64,000 nt of DNA from Sphagnum compactum (GCA_965153455.1 OZ234494.1:6448001-6512000); one strand, 5' to 3'. Shown: positions 9,837-23,900, counted from the first letter of the stretch. Made by a program: numbers and translations. The notes: a model not told the origin generated them from the sequence alone.

Positions 9837-11707
9837 TCATCCGTCTTGCACTGGAGCAGTGACCTTGTCTTCCCCAGAGTTTGGAAGATGAGTGAGTGGG
9901 GTTGCCGTTTCTGGGACAAAAGGTGCCTGCACATCATAAAGCAGAAACTAATTTCCTTTAATCTCCTTCAAACACACTGCCATGGGAAGATTCAAGGTTT
10001 ACACTGTAGTTCTAACTAGGGTAACGAGATTGAATTATTTGAAGCCAGAAATCCTTCTCTACATCCAAATCTTGCCATGGAAAAACCAGCAAGCATGCTA
10101 TTGGCAATGCAATAACTTACAGGTTGTCATGAATCTAGAGGCCTCACCAAAAAAGTTCATGTAATGATTGAAATAGGGGACAGGTACTAAAAATCAGCAA
10201 CGGGCAAAACCAGCAGCAGCTACCCAGTGAACTAAAGTTCGCAGATATTAGCAGGTTCTGCAGCAAAATTGTGTTTTGATTTTCTTTCACTACCTGGCCA
10301 GTCCCATTTGCATCTTCATCTGAAGATTTAGTGACAGTCGTATGTGTGGCACCATTCTGCATGCTCTCTTGAGGGACTTTAACTTGGTCATCATGGGTGG
10401 TCTCCTTTGCAGGCACAGTTGCAGCCACAGCCTCCTTCACAGCTTCTTCTGCAGCTTCTACTACTTCTCTTTGCTTTGCTGTGGCTTCATCTGTGTCCTG
10501 TATAAACAGTTTTTCTCAAACTGTCATAAAAGCATGTTCATGACTTACTCCCAACCATTGGTTATTGTAGCAGAGCACAGGAAAATTCATGCAGTAATTC
10601 CTTGAAAGAATCTGCAAATCATCTTCTGGAAGAGTTCTCAACTGGTTTCAAAAACCAAGGTATGATTATGCATGGAAATTCTGAACCTAACTGCTGTGTT
10701 CCTCCACTCCCTTTATACCCAGCAATCAGAACCATAGTCAATCACCCATGATGCCCCATTTGAACCAGTGAGTTCTGCCATATTATACTCCAACACACAG
10801 ATGTTGTGCCACATTCTTACACAAAAGGGAAAAACCCTTGTCATTGATCTACGCCGTGAAGAAAGTTTGTGTCTCAAACTATCGCTATACCAAAATCCAG
10901 TAATCTGTCATGTGCAGAAAGTGCCCAAAAGATCGCATGTCACCTGTTCAAAATTTTCTTGAGCTTTTGCTGCCTCGGTTGGAAGCTGCGCAGATTCATG
11001 AACTCCATCTTCTTGCTCGTTACCGACCGAAACCTGTTCAACAGGTTTCACGTCTCCGGTAGGCTGCGCCTCGTTCTGATTCGTGACGGCTTGTTTTTCC
11101 TGGCACACGAGAGAAGGCAAAAATGTGTCGAGTTTGGCACTGCAAATAAGAGAGTTAAATGCAAAGAGTTTTGCAGAATCATGCAAAACAGTTTTGAGCG
11201 TGATGGGATTCATATGATTCACAACACCGAGTGCATGCAGCAAACGCGTTTCCAACTGCGTAAACCGAGGGGGGGAAAATAAAGAAAAAAAGAAAAAGAA
11301 AAACAGGAAGAAATAATTCTAAGAAGGCGCTCCCCTGCAATATGTCCGAGAATATTCCTCTCCACTTATCCGTATTGTCGGCGAATGCAATGCCTGGTAG
11401 AAACACTCTAAACTTCCACAAAAGCTTCCGAGCGCAAGGGACAGACCCGAGATTGCACAGCCGCAAGAATAAACGCGAGGAAAGGAAAAAAAAATATACT
11501 AATAAAAAAGCGTTATAACAAAGACCAGCAGCTTACGACGTGATTTGTCTCCGGTGATGGCTCCACGGTTGCTCCGTCCTGGACATCTTTCTTCTCTTCA
11601 AATTCTTGAGTCACGGGCCTTTTTGCAACAGGAGCAGGCTGCGCTTCACTTTCCGCAGAACGTTTTGTTTGCAGTTGGTTCGCTGCTTGTTGCTCTGGAC
11701 CAGCCAT
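9837..11707 (-). CDS. Acidic E/Q/A/T-rich, probably disordered protein (~206 aa, 4 coding exons), function unknown
   Basis: Exons 11707-11537, 11099-10944, 10497-10294 and 9926-9837 are joined by phase-0 GT-AG introns into one frame, MAGPEQQAANQLQTKRSAESEAQPAPVAKRP...EDKVTAPVQDG*. A probable 5' UTR intron spans 12311-11741 (GTAAGT donor). Confidence 0.75.
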
Positions 11708-12769
11708 CTTCTCTCCAAAAGCTTCCGAGAGAGAGAGACCCTAACAAAAACGAAAAAAAACGCCGCGTACAACTAATCAGACGTAGAAACAATATCACAC
11801 ATGAACCTCAACAACAAAGCCTCCTGCCGACGGCTCCTCTACAAACTTATCATAAAACAAAACAAAAAACCAAAGTGCGGTAAAACGTACGAGAAAACCT
11901 ACACTGGAGAAAAGCCGAAAGGCACAGTTCCACACCAAACGCAACAACACACACTCTGCAACTGCAAAAACCACAAGAAAAAGAAAACAGAAAAAAAAGA
12001 AACAGGACCAAAAACAAAAACAAAAAAAAACACGACGACGACGACGACGACGACGACTAATAGTTATAAACCCTCAAAACACAAGACCTACACGGGACAC
12101 CGAAAAAAAGAAAAAGAAAGAAAGCACAGTCCAAGAACAGAGATAACAAAACTTCACATAATAATGAAAAGATCAATCACAAAAGAAACTATACTACAAC
12201 TAAGTAAGCAAGCAAACAAACAAAGGCAACGCCACCTTAACGAACACGGTTACATTAACTTAATATTACTCCCTTCGCGACACCATTGGCAACGATATGC
12301 AGAATACTTACGAAATGGGAAGTAATCGCCGCTGAAGCTAACGGGAAGTTGATATGATGATATTGGAAGGAAGGACAAAGAGCCGGTGCAAGAGACAGAG
12401 AGATGCGCAATCCGATAAAGACCAGAAGTAGAAAGGGAGAAAAAATAGCCGCAGTGAACACGAAGGGAAGGGGAACCAAAGCAGCAGCAACGACGAAGAC
12501 GACGACGACGATGATGAAGAAAAAGAAGGCGCAATTTGGTAGCCGCAAAAAAAACAAGTGTCGACGAAAAAGGGCGAAAGTGGAAGCAGAAGAAACGCGC
12601 GCGATGAGCGCCATCACTGCTTGTAATTAATTGGCCAACGGCTATAGCAACAGGCCGGGTGTCGAGATCAGCGCTTGCCATGTGGCGCATTCCCGTGATT
12701 TTCCCTGTTATTCTTTTACTCCCCACCTCTCGCCCGCGATTTCTCCGCACAGTTTTTTGTCGTTCACAA

Positions 12770-13810
12770 GTTTTATGGATGAGGACGGGAGTGGGGGGGT
12801 TGATGGATGAATGAATGAATGAATGAATGTATGTATGAATGAATGAATGGAGAAATGGATGGATGGATAGATGAAAGAAAGGAACCCATAATTAGATGAA
12901 ACATGGATTAGCATATGTGAATGAAACCAAAAATGATGTGACACAACAACTTGTGGATGAAAAATAGGTCATTTTCATCAGTTCAAACATTGGTGGGATG
13001 AAATTGATCATTATCATTGGCCCCATGATGAAATAGAATCATTTTCTTCGTTGGTTCCCAACATCAATGGATGAAAAGGGACCATTTTTTTCATTGGTTC
13101 TAACTTTATAGATGAAATTGATCTTTTTCATTGATGGCTTAAAACCTGGATGGATGGATGGATGAATGGATGGATATATGGAACCATAACTAGATGAAAC
13201 ATGGATTAGCGAATGAATGAACCCACATGAGAACATGTGGATGAAAATATGTCATTTTCATCAGTTCAAATGAAAATTTTCATTGGCTCAATGAAATAGT
13301 CATTTTCTTTAATGGATGAAAATGGATCTCTTTTTTCATTAGTTCCAACTTTAGTGGATGAAACAGATCTTTTTTCATTTGCTTAAAACATGAATGGATG
13401 AAATTACTCGTTTCCATTGGCTAAAACATAAATGGATGACATAGATCAAAGAACTCATTTTCATTGGCTCCAACATTTAATGGATGAAATTTTTGGATAA
13501 AACGGATCATTTTCGTTGACTGGAACATTACTGGATGAAATTACTCGTTTTAGTTGCCTACAACACTAGTGGATGAAATATAATCATTTCTAATTTGGCT
13601 AATTACTATGGATGAAATAACTCATTTTCATGGACTCCAAACATTAACGGATGAAATTTCTCATTTTCCAACTTGGCTCAAAGATTTATGGATGAAATAA
13701 CCCCATTTACAAAAAGAAATCGGTGAAACATAATTGCCGGAGAGAAACATCTGATTTAGTAAATGAATGAAATTTTTGATGAAAACTTATTTCTGGATGA
13801 ATTCATCCTG
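12770..13810. repeat. About 1 kb of dispersed (T)GGATGAAA-motif repeats, probably a non-autonomous transposon remnant
   Basis: Around 20 occurrences of GGATGAAA/TTTCAT in ~35-45-bp degenerate units, an internal duplication (~12850-12990 vs ~13150-13270), and a terminal palindrome GGATGAATTCATCC. Confidence 0.55.
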
Positions 13811-16800
13811 TAGGTAGCTCGTATAAGTATCGGTACTGGTTAGCTTACACACTGGTGGGTGTGTTTGTGCGAAATGCCGACGTGTTGGGTACTGACTAGT
13901 TTTGGTGTTGATGTACGTCCATGCAAAATGCCACTTGGCTTTGATTTACTGCTGGTCGAAGTTTGTTTCGTTCACACTCTATTCGATAGCGCTTTTGTTT
14001 TAGCGGGATATTTCTCATCCACTAAGTGTGAAACAGGATAATATTGAACCATTCCTTCTTTCCCCCCCCCCCCCCCCTCCCTTTCTGCTCCTTTCCCGTT
14101 TTCCTTCGTTGTTCTTTGCTGTTGCCCGTGCGGGGTCCGATCGCCACAGCGGGAAGCTCGATCGAGAAACCGCTGTAATCATATATTATCATCTGGCTCT
14201 GGCTGGACGCTGTTAAAGCTCTGGAGTTTCTTTGTTTCGACGATTCTTTTTCGCTCTTTCTTTGTGGGGGGAAGAGGTGGAAAGACACAGCGTCAAGTTT
14301 CAACCAGCTCAGGAGCAGCACGGACGGACGGACGCCCCCAGGCAATGGCCAACCTGCAACAGCATCATCTGCCCAAAACCTCCTTATCTTCATGACAAGG
14401 TAAGTGGAAAGGTTAGGGTTTAGGGTTTCAAATTCTGATATTATAAGATGTCACCATGTACTCCTGATCAGGTTGCCTGGTTTCCTGAAGCTAAGGTTTA
14501 AATGGATATGTAAAATTGAGATCTACCCACAGATCCATTTAGCATACCCTAAACCCTAAACCTTAAACCCAATGGGAAAAGAAACAAGAAACCTCTAAGC
14601 AGTCAATCTGTGTGCATCAAGTTGATCCAACATTTTGATATTGTATCCATGGGTTGATTTGTTGGAAAACCAACAATGTTGCTGTTGATGAGTTTGGTGC
14701 CCCTTGGGTTCCTTTTTTTGTAAGTGAGAAGATGTTCAAGCAAGTAGAGATATCTTTAATACAGTGCATCAGAACCAAAACCTCAACTGAAGGGATGAGC
14801 ATTTGTAGTAGACAGGCAGGTGTTTTTTAAGCTTGTGTGATCAACGGTTGCTCTCCTGGTCAAATAGATGAAGGAGGTACTCCTTAGTGCATGAAGATAA
14901 ACCTGCACACACAAACATCCTCAACCAGCAAAGTTGTTCAAGAGTCAGAGGCACTTTTAATAGGAGAAACCATGTTTTTATGAAAGCAATCACCTTGGTC
15001 AACCCTTTCCTATATAAGTAAACTAGATGTTTCTAGATTATATGCTCACATGGAGTTTCAAAGTTGGGGGGTTGGGGGAAACACAAATTGGCAGCCAGTT
15101 AAGATATGCCTACTTCAGAGGTGTAGATGGAAAATGTTCAGATGAATTGCATAGAAAACGTTCACTCTATATCAATGTACATGATCTATGACAGTCCCTG
15201 TTATAAGGAGCTATGGCCAGAGATTTTGATTGTTGATGTCACGCCGAAGTGTTGCCAACACATGGAGAGAAACCCAACATCATAAGAGTGGCTTTGTGCT
15301 CACTGATCTCCTTGCAAATCTCAGGTTACTTTTTGGCCATGTTGGATATTGTCAGCAGTGGCAATGACCATGGTATGTTTTCTGCATCATATCAGTGACT
15401 TTTTTATAGGGGAGGGGAGGTATCAAAGTTGTGAAAATCTCAACAAATTTTAGTCTGACTTGGAACAAAAAAATTCATTTCATGAATTCTTTGGCAAAAC
15501 AATTAGATGCGAGCACCAGCACTTACTTTGTCCCTGTTTTCTCTTGGAATTACAGTAAAATGCAATAGCAAAGTGGTGAGCTCTTTCATTCCTTTAAAAA
15601 CTTGTCAGATTGTGCCAAGTGGGTATCAACGGCAGGTTGTTCAGCATAAGGTTCCTGCTAGGCTGTACACATGGCCTTACAAATTTTGTAAGATCACAAC
15701 CAGAGTGCCATCAAAATTTGAGTAGGAGAATGGCCTATCTTTCAACCTTCCAAAGGTCTCAACCAAGGTGTTGTCAAAAATCTGACAGGTTTTTTTTCAC
15801 AGGGGAAGGAACTATCTTTTGGAATAGTGGACTGAGATTTTTGGTACTTTCCACTTGGCCTATTGGCCTCATGACAGGTACGGAAAATCCTAGAAGATAG
15901 GCCCTTCTCATATGCGATTTTGTCCCTTTGTATTTGGAGTTCCCTTGTCAGGCAGAATATTTGCCAAGCATCTTATGTGGTGGAAGAATCCTTACAATCT
16001 GTAATGTGTGTAATGTTCCTGCTCTGATTTTTATTTTTTCATTGCCAGGTTGGATGAAAATTTGTTCAGATGCCATTTTCATATGCCAGATAATGGCAGC
16101 CCTCTTGGCTCTCCCAAGTTTTTTGATCCCATTGCTCAGGGATACTGCCCCTGCAATGGAACCTCACAACATGGAAGAGCCTCTAGGGCTGCCCTGTTAT
16201 CCTATACTAAAACACCTGTCAGATTTTGCTTAGTAGGCATTTTATACATAACAAGGTCCGTGCTATGATGTTGTACATTGCCTTACAAGACCTCAACAAG
16301 TCTTATAAGGTTGCAACCAGTGTTGGCCAGATATTGATTTTTGATCCAGTGGTTGGCTGGGTGTGGGTCAGGATATTGAAACCCGGCATACCTTGTATGG
16401 AGATTGGATGAGGACTGGTAAAATAATCTATCTCCTTGCTATTAACTTTGCAAATATCTGTCAAGACTTTGTCGGTCTAGTATCACTTTGGAAAAAAGTA
16501 ATAGCAAACCTATATTCGGGTATGAAGAACTTGCATTGCATGAGTGCAAGTAGGTTATTTGTAAACCCTAAGTCCCTTTTGTCACCAGTATACTTGAAAG
16601 CAGAGCCCACAAAATTTTATCTAGACCCCGCTACACATTGACATCATACTAAGTAGTTTCTAGTTTGTGTTTATGTAGAAAAACCAATGCTTTTGCATAA
16701 TGGGTGGGTATTAGGTGGCTTTTCTAATAACTACCCCTTATGCATACTATATATAGGTTGGTATTCCTGAAACAATACCTGGAGGAAAATTGGTAACCGG

Positions 16801-17254
16801 GGGGTATTGTTGAGATATTCAAATTGATCCCAGGTGTAAGCCTAATTGTTTTTCAAAAGCTGGGTATTTGATACCCATCTGTGGTGGATTTCTGGCTGAT
16901 ACAAGGCTGGTGGTGTTTCTTCAGGTCCGAGCTACCTGGCTGGTATTGGTCCAAGGTTGGTATTGCCTCAGGTGATACAGTTTGGAACCCAATAACAACA
17001 GGACCAGGTATGAAAGGTTTTTTTTTGAAGTACTCCATACTATGACTATGGCAATATGTGTAGGGTAAAGCATGATGTTGAGAACATGCTGGTCAAGTAG
17101 ACTTTTTTTTTGGGGGGGCAGGTCTTTTATTAAAGCTTTTAAAAAGTACCCAATGTTAGAACCAGGGCTAATATGAAAATTTTGAAAAGTACCCAATACC
17201 GAGACCAGGCTGGTATGTTCAAATGTGGACACCAAACCAACATTGGGTCCCAAC

Positions 17255-17622
17255 TAGTGCTGGGCAGTTACCTGGTTTGGCTCGTTAGAACCACTGGTTC
17301 CAGTTCCAGTTCGAGTTAGTAAAAACAAAACTGGAAACCCAAATTATTTTATTTTTTTTGGGGGAAAAAAAAGTTCTGGGAAAATGGTGTTAACTGGCTG
17401 GTTTGAAGACCAGATTACCCAGAACTGTAACTGGAATCAGGTCTGATTTCCATAATCGGAACTGATTTTTTTTAAGAACTGGATCAGAACTGGACTCAGG
17501 GCTCCCATTTTTTCTGGACCCAGAACCAGAACTGGAACCATTCTTATTTTTTTTTAAAGAAAAAAAAACACCCCAAGAACCAGAGGTTCTTCATAAAAGT
17601 TGAGAACCGCCCAACAATGCTG
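17255..17622. mobile_element. hAT-type MITE (368 bp) with an 8-bp target-site duplication
   Basis: GTCCCAAC occurs at 17247-17254 and 17623-17630, flanking imperfect TIRs TAGTGCTGGGCAGTT / AACCGCCCAACA(ATG)CTG. The interior is rich in GGAACC/GGTTCC motifs. Confidence 0.8.
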
Positions 17623-18024
17623 GTCCCAACCCTGCAGGGTATCACCAAAACCTGAGAAGTTTTTAAGGAATGGGTTTTCATGAAGAAAGGGGACACGTTT
17701 TCTCACCAAACGAAGTAGCCCTTTAATCTTTCTCACTTTTGCCTTGTGTCTCTTCACCATCCCTTCACTCCCATATACTGACACTCAACTTTCATATTCA
17801 GCTTTGGAAACCTCTGCCATCATCATCATCATCATCATCATCCTTCTCCTCCTCCTTCTCCTCCCTTCCTTTGTTGCCAAGGACATCATCAAAATGAGTG
17901 GAGCATGAGTGGAATCTGATGTTAAATTTTTTTACTAGAATTGTTGTTGGGTCTTTTGTGTAAGGCCCATTTGTAGGAGACTGGACTGGACTGGACAGGA
18001 CAACAAACTGCTATTTTGTGTGAA

Positions 18025-20897
18025 ATGGTGATCACAAGTGAAGAAGGTAAGATGATTATATTCTTATGGGTTTTTTTTTGTTGGGAAGTTGCAAATCATC
18101 ACCAGGTTCATGTGATGCCATTTGGTCACAAAATGAAACTCCAAGAAAGATGTTGCTAGAGAACTTGGGGTACAATAATTTTGTATCACTCTCTATATCA
18201 AGTTGTGATTAATCTTTGCAGCAATTTTTTGATTGAATGAATTCATTTAAAATGTGTAGCAAGTATGGGTTTTGGTGCAATGTGGAATTAGTTGTTGACG
18301 AACAAATTTTAGCTCCCTCCATGACTTGTTCCAGTGCAACGAGCCATTTGAACTTCTTGGTCTTTGGAATTCTGAGAACTGGACCTTTGACTATTGATGT
18401 AGGGTGTGTAAAATGTAAAACTCTCTTTCTCCTCTTGCTTTTTTTGGGATGCTTTTGTGGATGTGAGGTTATTTTGTAAATTTGTGATCATATGTCTCTG
18501 GCTTTCAACAGATCATGAACAAGAAGATGAAGCTACAGACAGTGCACCCAATCAATCAAAATTACCAGTTTGGCCCTTGGTAAAAATCTTGAAACCATTG
18601 CCTTCTACTTCTACAATTTTTTTGGTACTCTTCTTCTCTTTATCAAGTCAATTGTACAACAAGATGCAATTATTGGACTAGAGAAACATGTATCTATCCT
18701 ATGTAAGTTATATTGTTATCCTTATATCTTCTCCAGAAGACAAGGTTCTCCTTTGCAAAAAGGCTTACCTCCTGTTCATTGGAGATGTCCAAATGGATTT
18801 TTACATCCTAACCTTTTTTCCTCACACTTTCGCATGTTGATATGGTTTGAAAACAGCTATCACCGGTAATTAAAGGATGGCGAGGCTTAGCTCATTATCG
18901 CACTTGGACCCGTCGTTGCATTCTTCAGAAAGAGTATAATCTCACATTGGTTCACCAATTTGAGCTTCCACTTATTCAAAATGTAAAACTCCAAAAGAAA
19001 AATTTGATATCCCAATTAAGGAGGAGTTTGTGTACTTAAAACTCTAGTTGATAAAAAGTCAAATGAAGTTATATGTGCTCTAATTCTGTTGTGCGAAAGA
19101 ACCAGTTCATGAATGGAATTTTTCTAAGAAACGCCAATATACAATTGACATCGATGTTTTGACACAAAACTTCAATTATTGATCTATGCATGAATCATTG
19201 ATTTTATTGATGAATGTCAGCATTGAAAGTCATGTGCAAAAAGTGTGCTAAACCGTAGGATACACTTCGATATCCAACCATTGAGGTCCAAGTTTCTAAA
19301 GAATACATTGTGTCGTGATGGACCTAATTAGTTTGTGTGGTTGCACCTTGTATGTATAGCTCGGAGAATCGAAATCAAAATGAATTGTATCTCTTGGAAG
19401 AATTGTTGACTGATGTCAAGTTTATATGTGACCTCCCTCTTGCGAAACGATTAGAAGTGAACCCCAAATCATTCATTCCATGTGATCAATATCATGAGTG
19501 TTATTTGCATCCATATTGGCATCCTATCTATGTACCAAATAACATTTTGTAATGTATGATGATGATTAGGTGTCTTTTGTCACAATGACTAGAAATTTTA
19601 CTCATACGATTTATTATTTATGGGTGCAAGCATGATAAAGTAAATAATAATAGTTCACGATCCTTGACAATTTTCCAAAAAGTAAAGAAGCGCTTCTTGA
19701 ATTTTACCTTCAATTGTTGGAATCGCAGGCTTGTAAGCTATTAGGTTATGAGAAGTACGAAGATGGTGAAAAAAGTAAAGTCTTTTTTTCACTCATGTAC
19801 CAAGTGCTTGTGTTTTAACCAAAATATCAACAAAGCTTCCAAGCTAATTCTAAACTCAGACCTTCCCTTCCCATGAATTTGTTCATTTGTTCCCCAAAAA
19901 ACCCAAAAAATAAATAAAATAAAAGAATAATTGTCTTCCTAGAGTAGTTTTCTTTCAGCATTAGTATTCTACATACAAAAGTCACACATGACATTTCCAA
20001 ATGAAAACCCTAAGTTTGTTGGGTTTGTAGTTTACAAGCAAGGGGACAATGGTACTTTGTTCTACATCATATTTACAGGATCAGTCAAGGTATTTCAAAG
20101 TATTATGCTTGTTCTATTTATTTTTTTGAAAAACAAATGTGCAAACCAACACTTTTGAAGTTTTGCACTTGATTTCACAATTTGTGGAAGTTAGCAAGTC
20201 TAGTGAAAATTTCAATGCTTGAGCCAATTCCACATCAATTTGATCATGGGTTTTATAATGTAAAATAAATCAACAACAATGTCGATTGGGAAAATCCCAA
20301 ATGACCATAATCAATTGCTGCTACTAGAAGATCATTGAATTACAATTTTTTGGGATTTTTTTGGATATTTTGGAGTGTGTCATTTTAGCTGAAACTTATA
20401 CAATTGTTTGTCCCTTAATTATGTTTGGAACATGTATTGCAGTCTAGTGTATGGACTCAAGGGGTTCAAGATGATGTGGTTACAATCATTCAAGCAGGCA
20501 AGTGGTTTGGTGATAGAGTGCTAGAAACAGACAACCTTTTAAGGTAAGTTGACATAGAGTTATTAACCCATAACACAATAACAAGCAAATTGGGTGTCGA
20601 AATATGTGATGTTTGAAAACATCCTCTTGAGTCATGATAGCATGCACGCACACACACACACACACAAAAGGCAAAAAATGACCCCAACAAAAAAGAAATC
20701 TTATGCTACATTTTGTCCAACTCAATATTTTTTTTTTGCAAAAATAGTGAAGAGACTTGTCAAGCCATGCAACTTAATCACATTTGGTTTAAATGAAGCT
20801 TGGATTTATGAAAGTAACAAACAAACACCATCACATGTGAGGGATGTTGTAACCATTGTGTATGACCATAACTTGCCTCATTAAAACAACTTCATGG

Positions 20898-20935
<38 letters not shown>

Positions 20936-23900
20936 TTTATTCAGGGAATCGACCACCTTCGCCTGTGATAGGGTAAATTCAACTTCATTCATTTCATTTC
21001 TTTTGAATTAAAATGAGACCATTGAAATCCTTGAAATCCTCATAAGTAAAATTCAATTACACATTGTGAATTTGGTGTCAACTTTTTATGTCTAATTGCT
21101 TCTTTGGGTTCACTTCACTTTGAGCAATTTGAGGGAGTGAAAGTGAAATTATATATTTAAAACTTTAAAACATAACTTTTTTTCTTTAAAAAAAAATTAC
21201 TTAAAAAATAGAATTTCTAATTGATGTTTTGTCATCGGTAACGCATGTTCTCACAATGTTAAGAATTCGAGTTGTGTGTGCAGACTGAGTTGATTACACT
21301 AAGTAAACAAGCTTATGAGAAAATTCTTGACATACAAAAGACACCAAATCTTCAAGAGCGAGTTAACTTTCTCAAGGTCATGATAATCCCTCATCATTTT
21401 AGACATTTTCATTACAAATGTCAGTTTTTTACCATTCTTAAGCTTAGTGTATATGATATTATTCATTTATTTAAAAAGTAAGTTATTTACATTTATATGT
21501 TGATTTTCTTGGGAAAATTTGGGGCAATAGGTTGTTCATTTGACTTCCTATTGTGCAGAGTATTCCAACATTTTATGGGGTGCCAAAACAAAGCTTGAGA
21601 TGTTTGGCAAATGTGCTCTCCAATCACACCTATAGTAAAAATCGAGGTATGTTTTTGAACAAAATACACAAAATGTGAGTAGTTTTTGTTTTGATCAAGC
21701 ATGTCACACAAATTGGAACAAACCCACTAATATTATGGTAGTTATAGTAATTATAATAACAACATATAATTAAATGTCAATCACTTGCATCATTATTAGG
21801 TGAAAATATTAAGATTTAAAATATTTCATTTTGAAAAAGTTATTAAATTTATTCTTGGGTAGAATTGAAGGAGTTCTTATGAAATCCACAATTTTGGTGT
21901 CGAGATTTCATAGAGTTTATTTTGGAAATTTGATGTGAATGTGGGCAGTTATCACTTTTCAAGGAGATGATGCTGTTGAGATGCATTTCATAAAGTCAGG
22001 GGAGTGTAGAGTAAGTTTTTTTAATGTGTTTCAAATCTCTCATGTGAATGTAGCTGGTTGTAGTCTTAAACAAAAATGTGAAGAATAATAATTTGTGGCT
22101 ATAATTGAAGGTTTACCAAAAAAATAAGGTTGTGAAATTATTTCTTAATGTGTTTTTTAAATTTATAAAAGTATTTAAAACTTGATTAGCGTGACACTAA
22201 TTACTTGAAAATTTGAATTCCTTAAAGCTATTTTCCCATGTGGTGTTTTTGTAGGTGATCATGGAGGTCCATAACAATAAGTTGTTTACACCATTACCCA
22301 AGGCTTCATGTTTCATCTCACAATATTGGTACCTTTTTGTTTTGCTCTTTTGATATACGATGGGAATATTATTTAGATAATTATTTCACAATACAAGTTT
22401 TAGATTTAGAATCATCAAATGATGCCCCATCACCACCATACAAGGAATGCAAAAGCATGCAATTATCTAACTTGTCATCTATGTAATTATGAACCGTGTC
22501 AAGTTACAACCCACTTTTAGAATTTGCAAATAATCGTAAAGTAGATGAATAAATGAGATTTTGTTAAGAAGCAAGAAGTTAATGTGCAATTATGATGTCT
22601 AAATACGGTTATATGAACTACAAAATTATGATCCATGTTGTTTATTTGCTTAGTTTTGGTAAAATTGTTGCAAAGTATCATGAGTGACAAATTTTACGGC
22701 ACTAAATTACAATTTCAAGTACATGGATTACAACTTCATATGCATTTTATTACTCATTAAATTGTGCTTATATACAATTCCTAATTTCTTCACCCAAATG
22801 ACAAAGTTCAATGGCTTAAAAGTGAACATGATTGTAAGTGGATCTCTTGCATTGCAGTATAAAAGTATAATCCTTGTGTGTGTGGATATAGGCCCACAAC
22901 ACACCACAAGTGCAAAGAAGAACCTTATAAAAACAATATAGCAGGAAGGCAACACCCATTAAGCAATGTTCGATCTGGGGGTCAACCAAAAAGAATTTCA
23001 AAAAGGTTACCTTCTAAGTTGGCTGCGGCTTTACTACAAAGCCCCGATGCAATTTACAAATTAATCAAACACAAAAGAAAAAAAAAAACGTTGTTGTCTC
23101 CTTCTCATAGCCATCGACCAAGTCGTTCTAGTTTTCACAATTATAGTGGCCATATTATTAAAGAACCATTTAGAAGACAATCTAAACGTGCCACATTTAG
23201 CAATTTGTCACGTCTTTCAACTCGATCAACAACTTATGCTCGTCAATGGACTTCTTCAAGCACCACCCAAATTGGTAGCCCACTTGGAATGAATCAACAA
23301 AATATGGCGATTGATGATCATCATCTTAGAATGGGTAGCAAATCGATGGCTCTCGAAAGTGTAATGGCCAAATGGGGCTCACCTAAAGGATCGATGGAAG
23401 TTAAGGCACGAGCTGACATCCAAGAATTGGGTGGACCAATACCACCGCATCGTGGTGTATCACATTCTAGACGACATTCCAAGAGTTGGCCATTTCTAAA
23501 AGAAATGGATGAGATGGGTGATAGTTGCATAGAAACGAGTCCTAGGTCATCAACAATACAATTGTATGTGAAAGATGGTGATGACACAAAACGACGAAGG
23601 AAACAAAAGTACACACTTCGTTCTTTTTTGAAAGAATTTGAGAAGAAAGAACAAACACAAAAGCAATTGGAATTCTCGGGAAAGGGACATCGTTTGTGGC
23701 AAATGGGTATGATGGGGGAGGGAATTATGCCTGCTACAGTTGTTGGAGAGAAGGATGCATACTACAAACAACAATTTCACAATTGGGCGCAATATGTCAT
23801 CAACCGCGAAAAGAATTTGTTGTCATTCAATGTTATCGCTAATACCACGATGAATGCACCGAGTTTCATTCCCGGCTTAGATTCAGAAGTAGTCATGAAA

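Noticed and set aside
11801-12750. Lys/Thr-rich and Phe-rich ORFs of 120-174 aa
   Set aside because: They are low-complexity 5' UTR and intron sequence (A-runs, ACG repeats) of the minus-strand gene.
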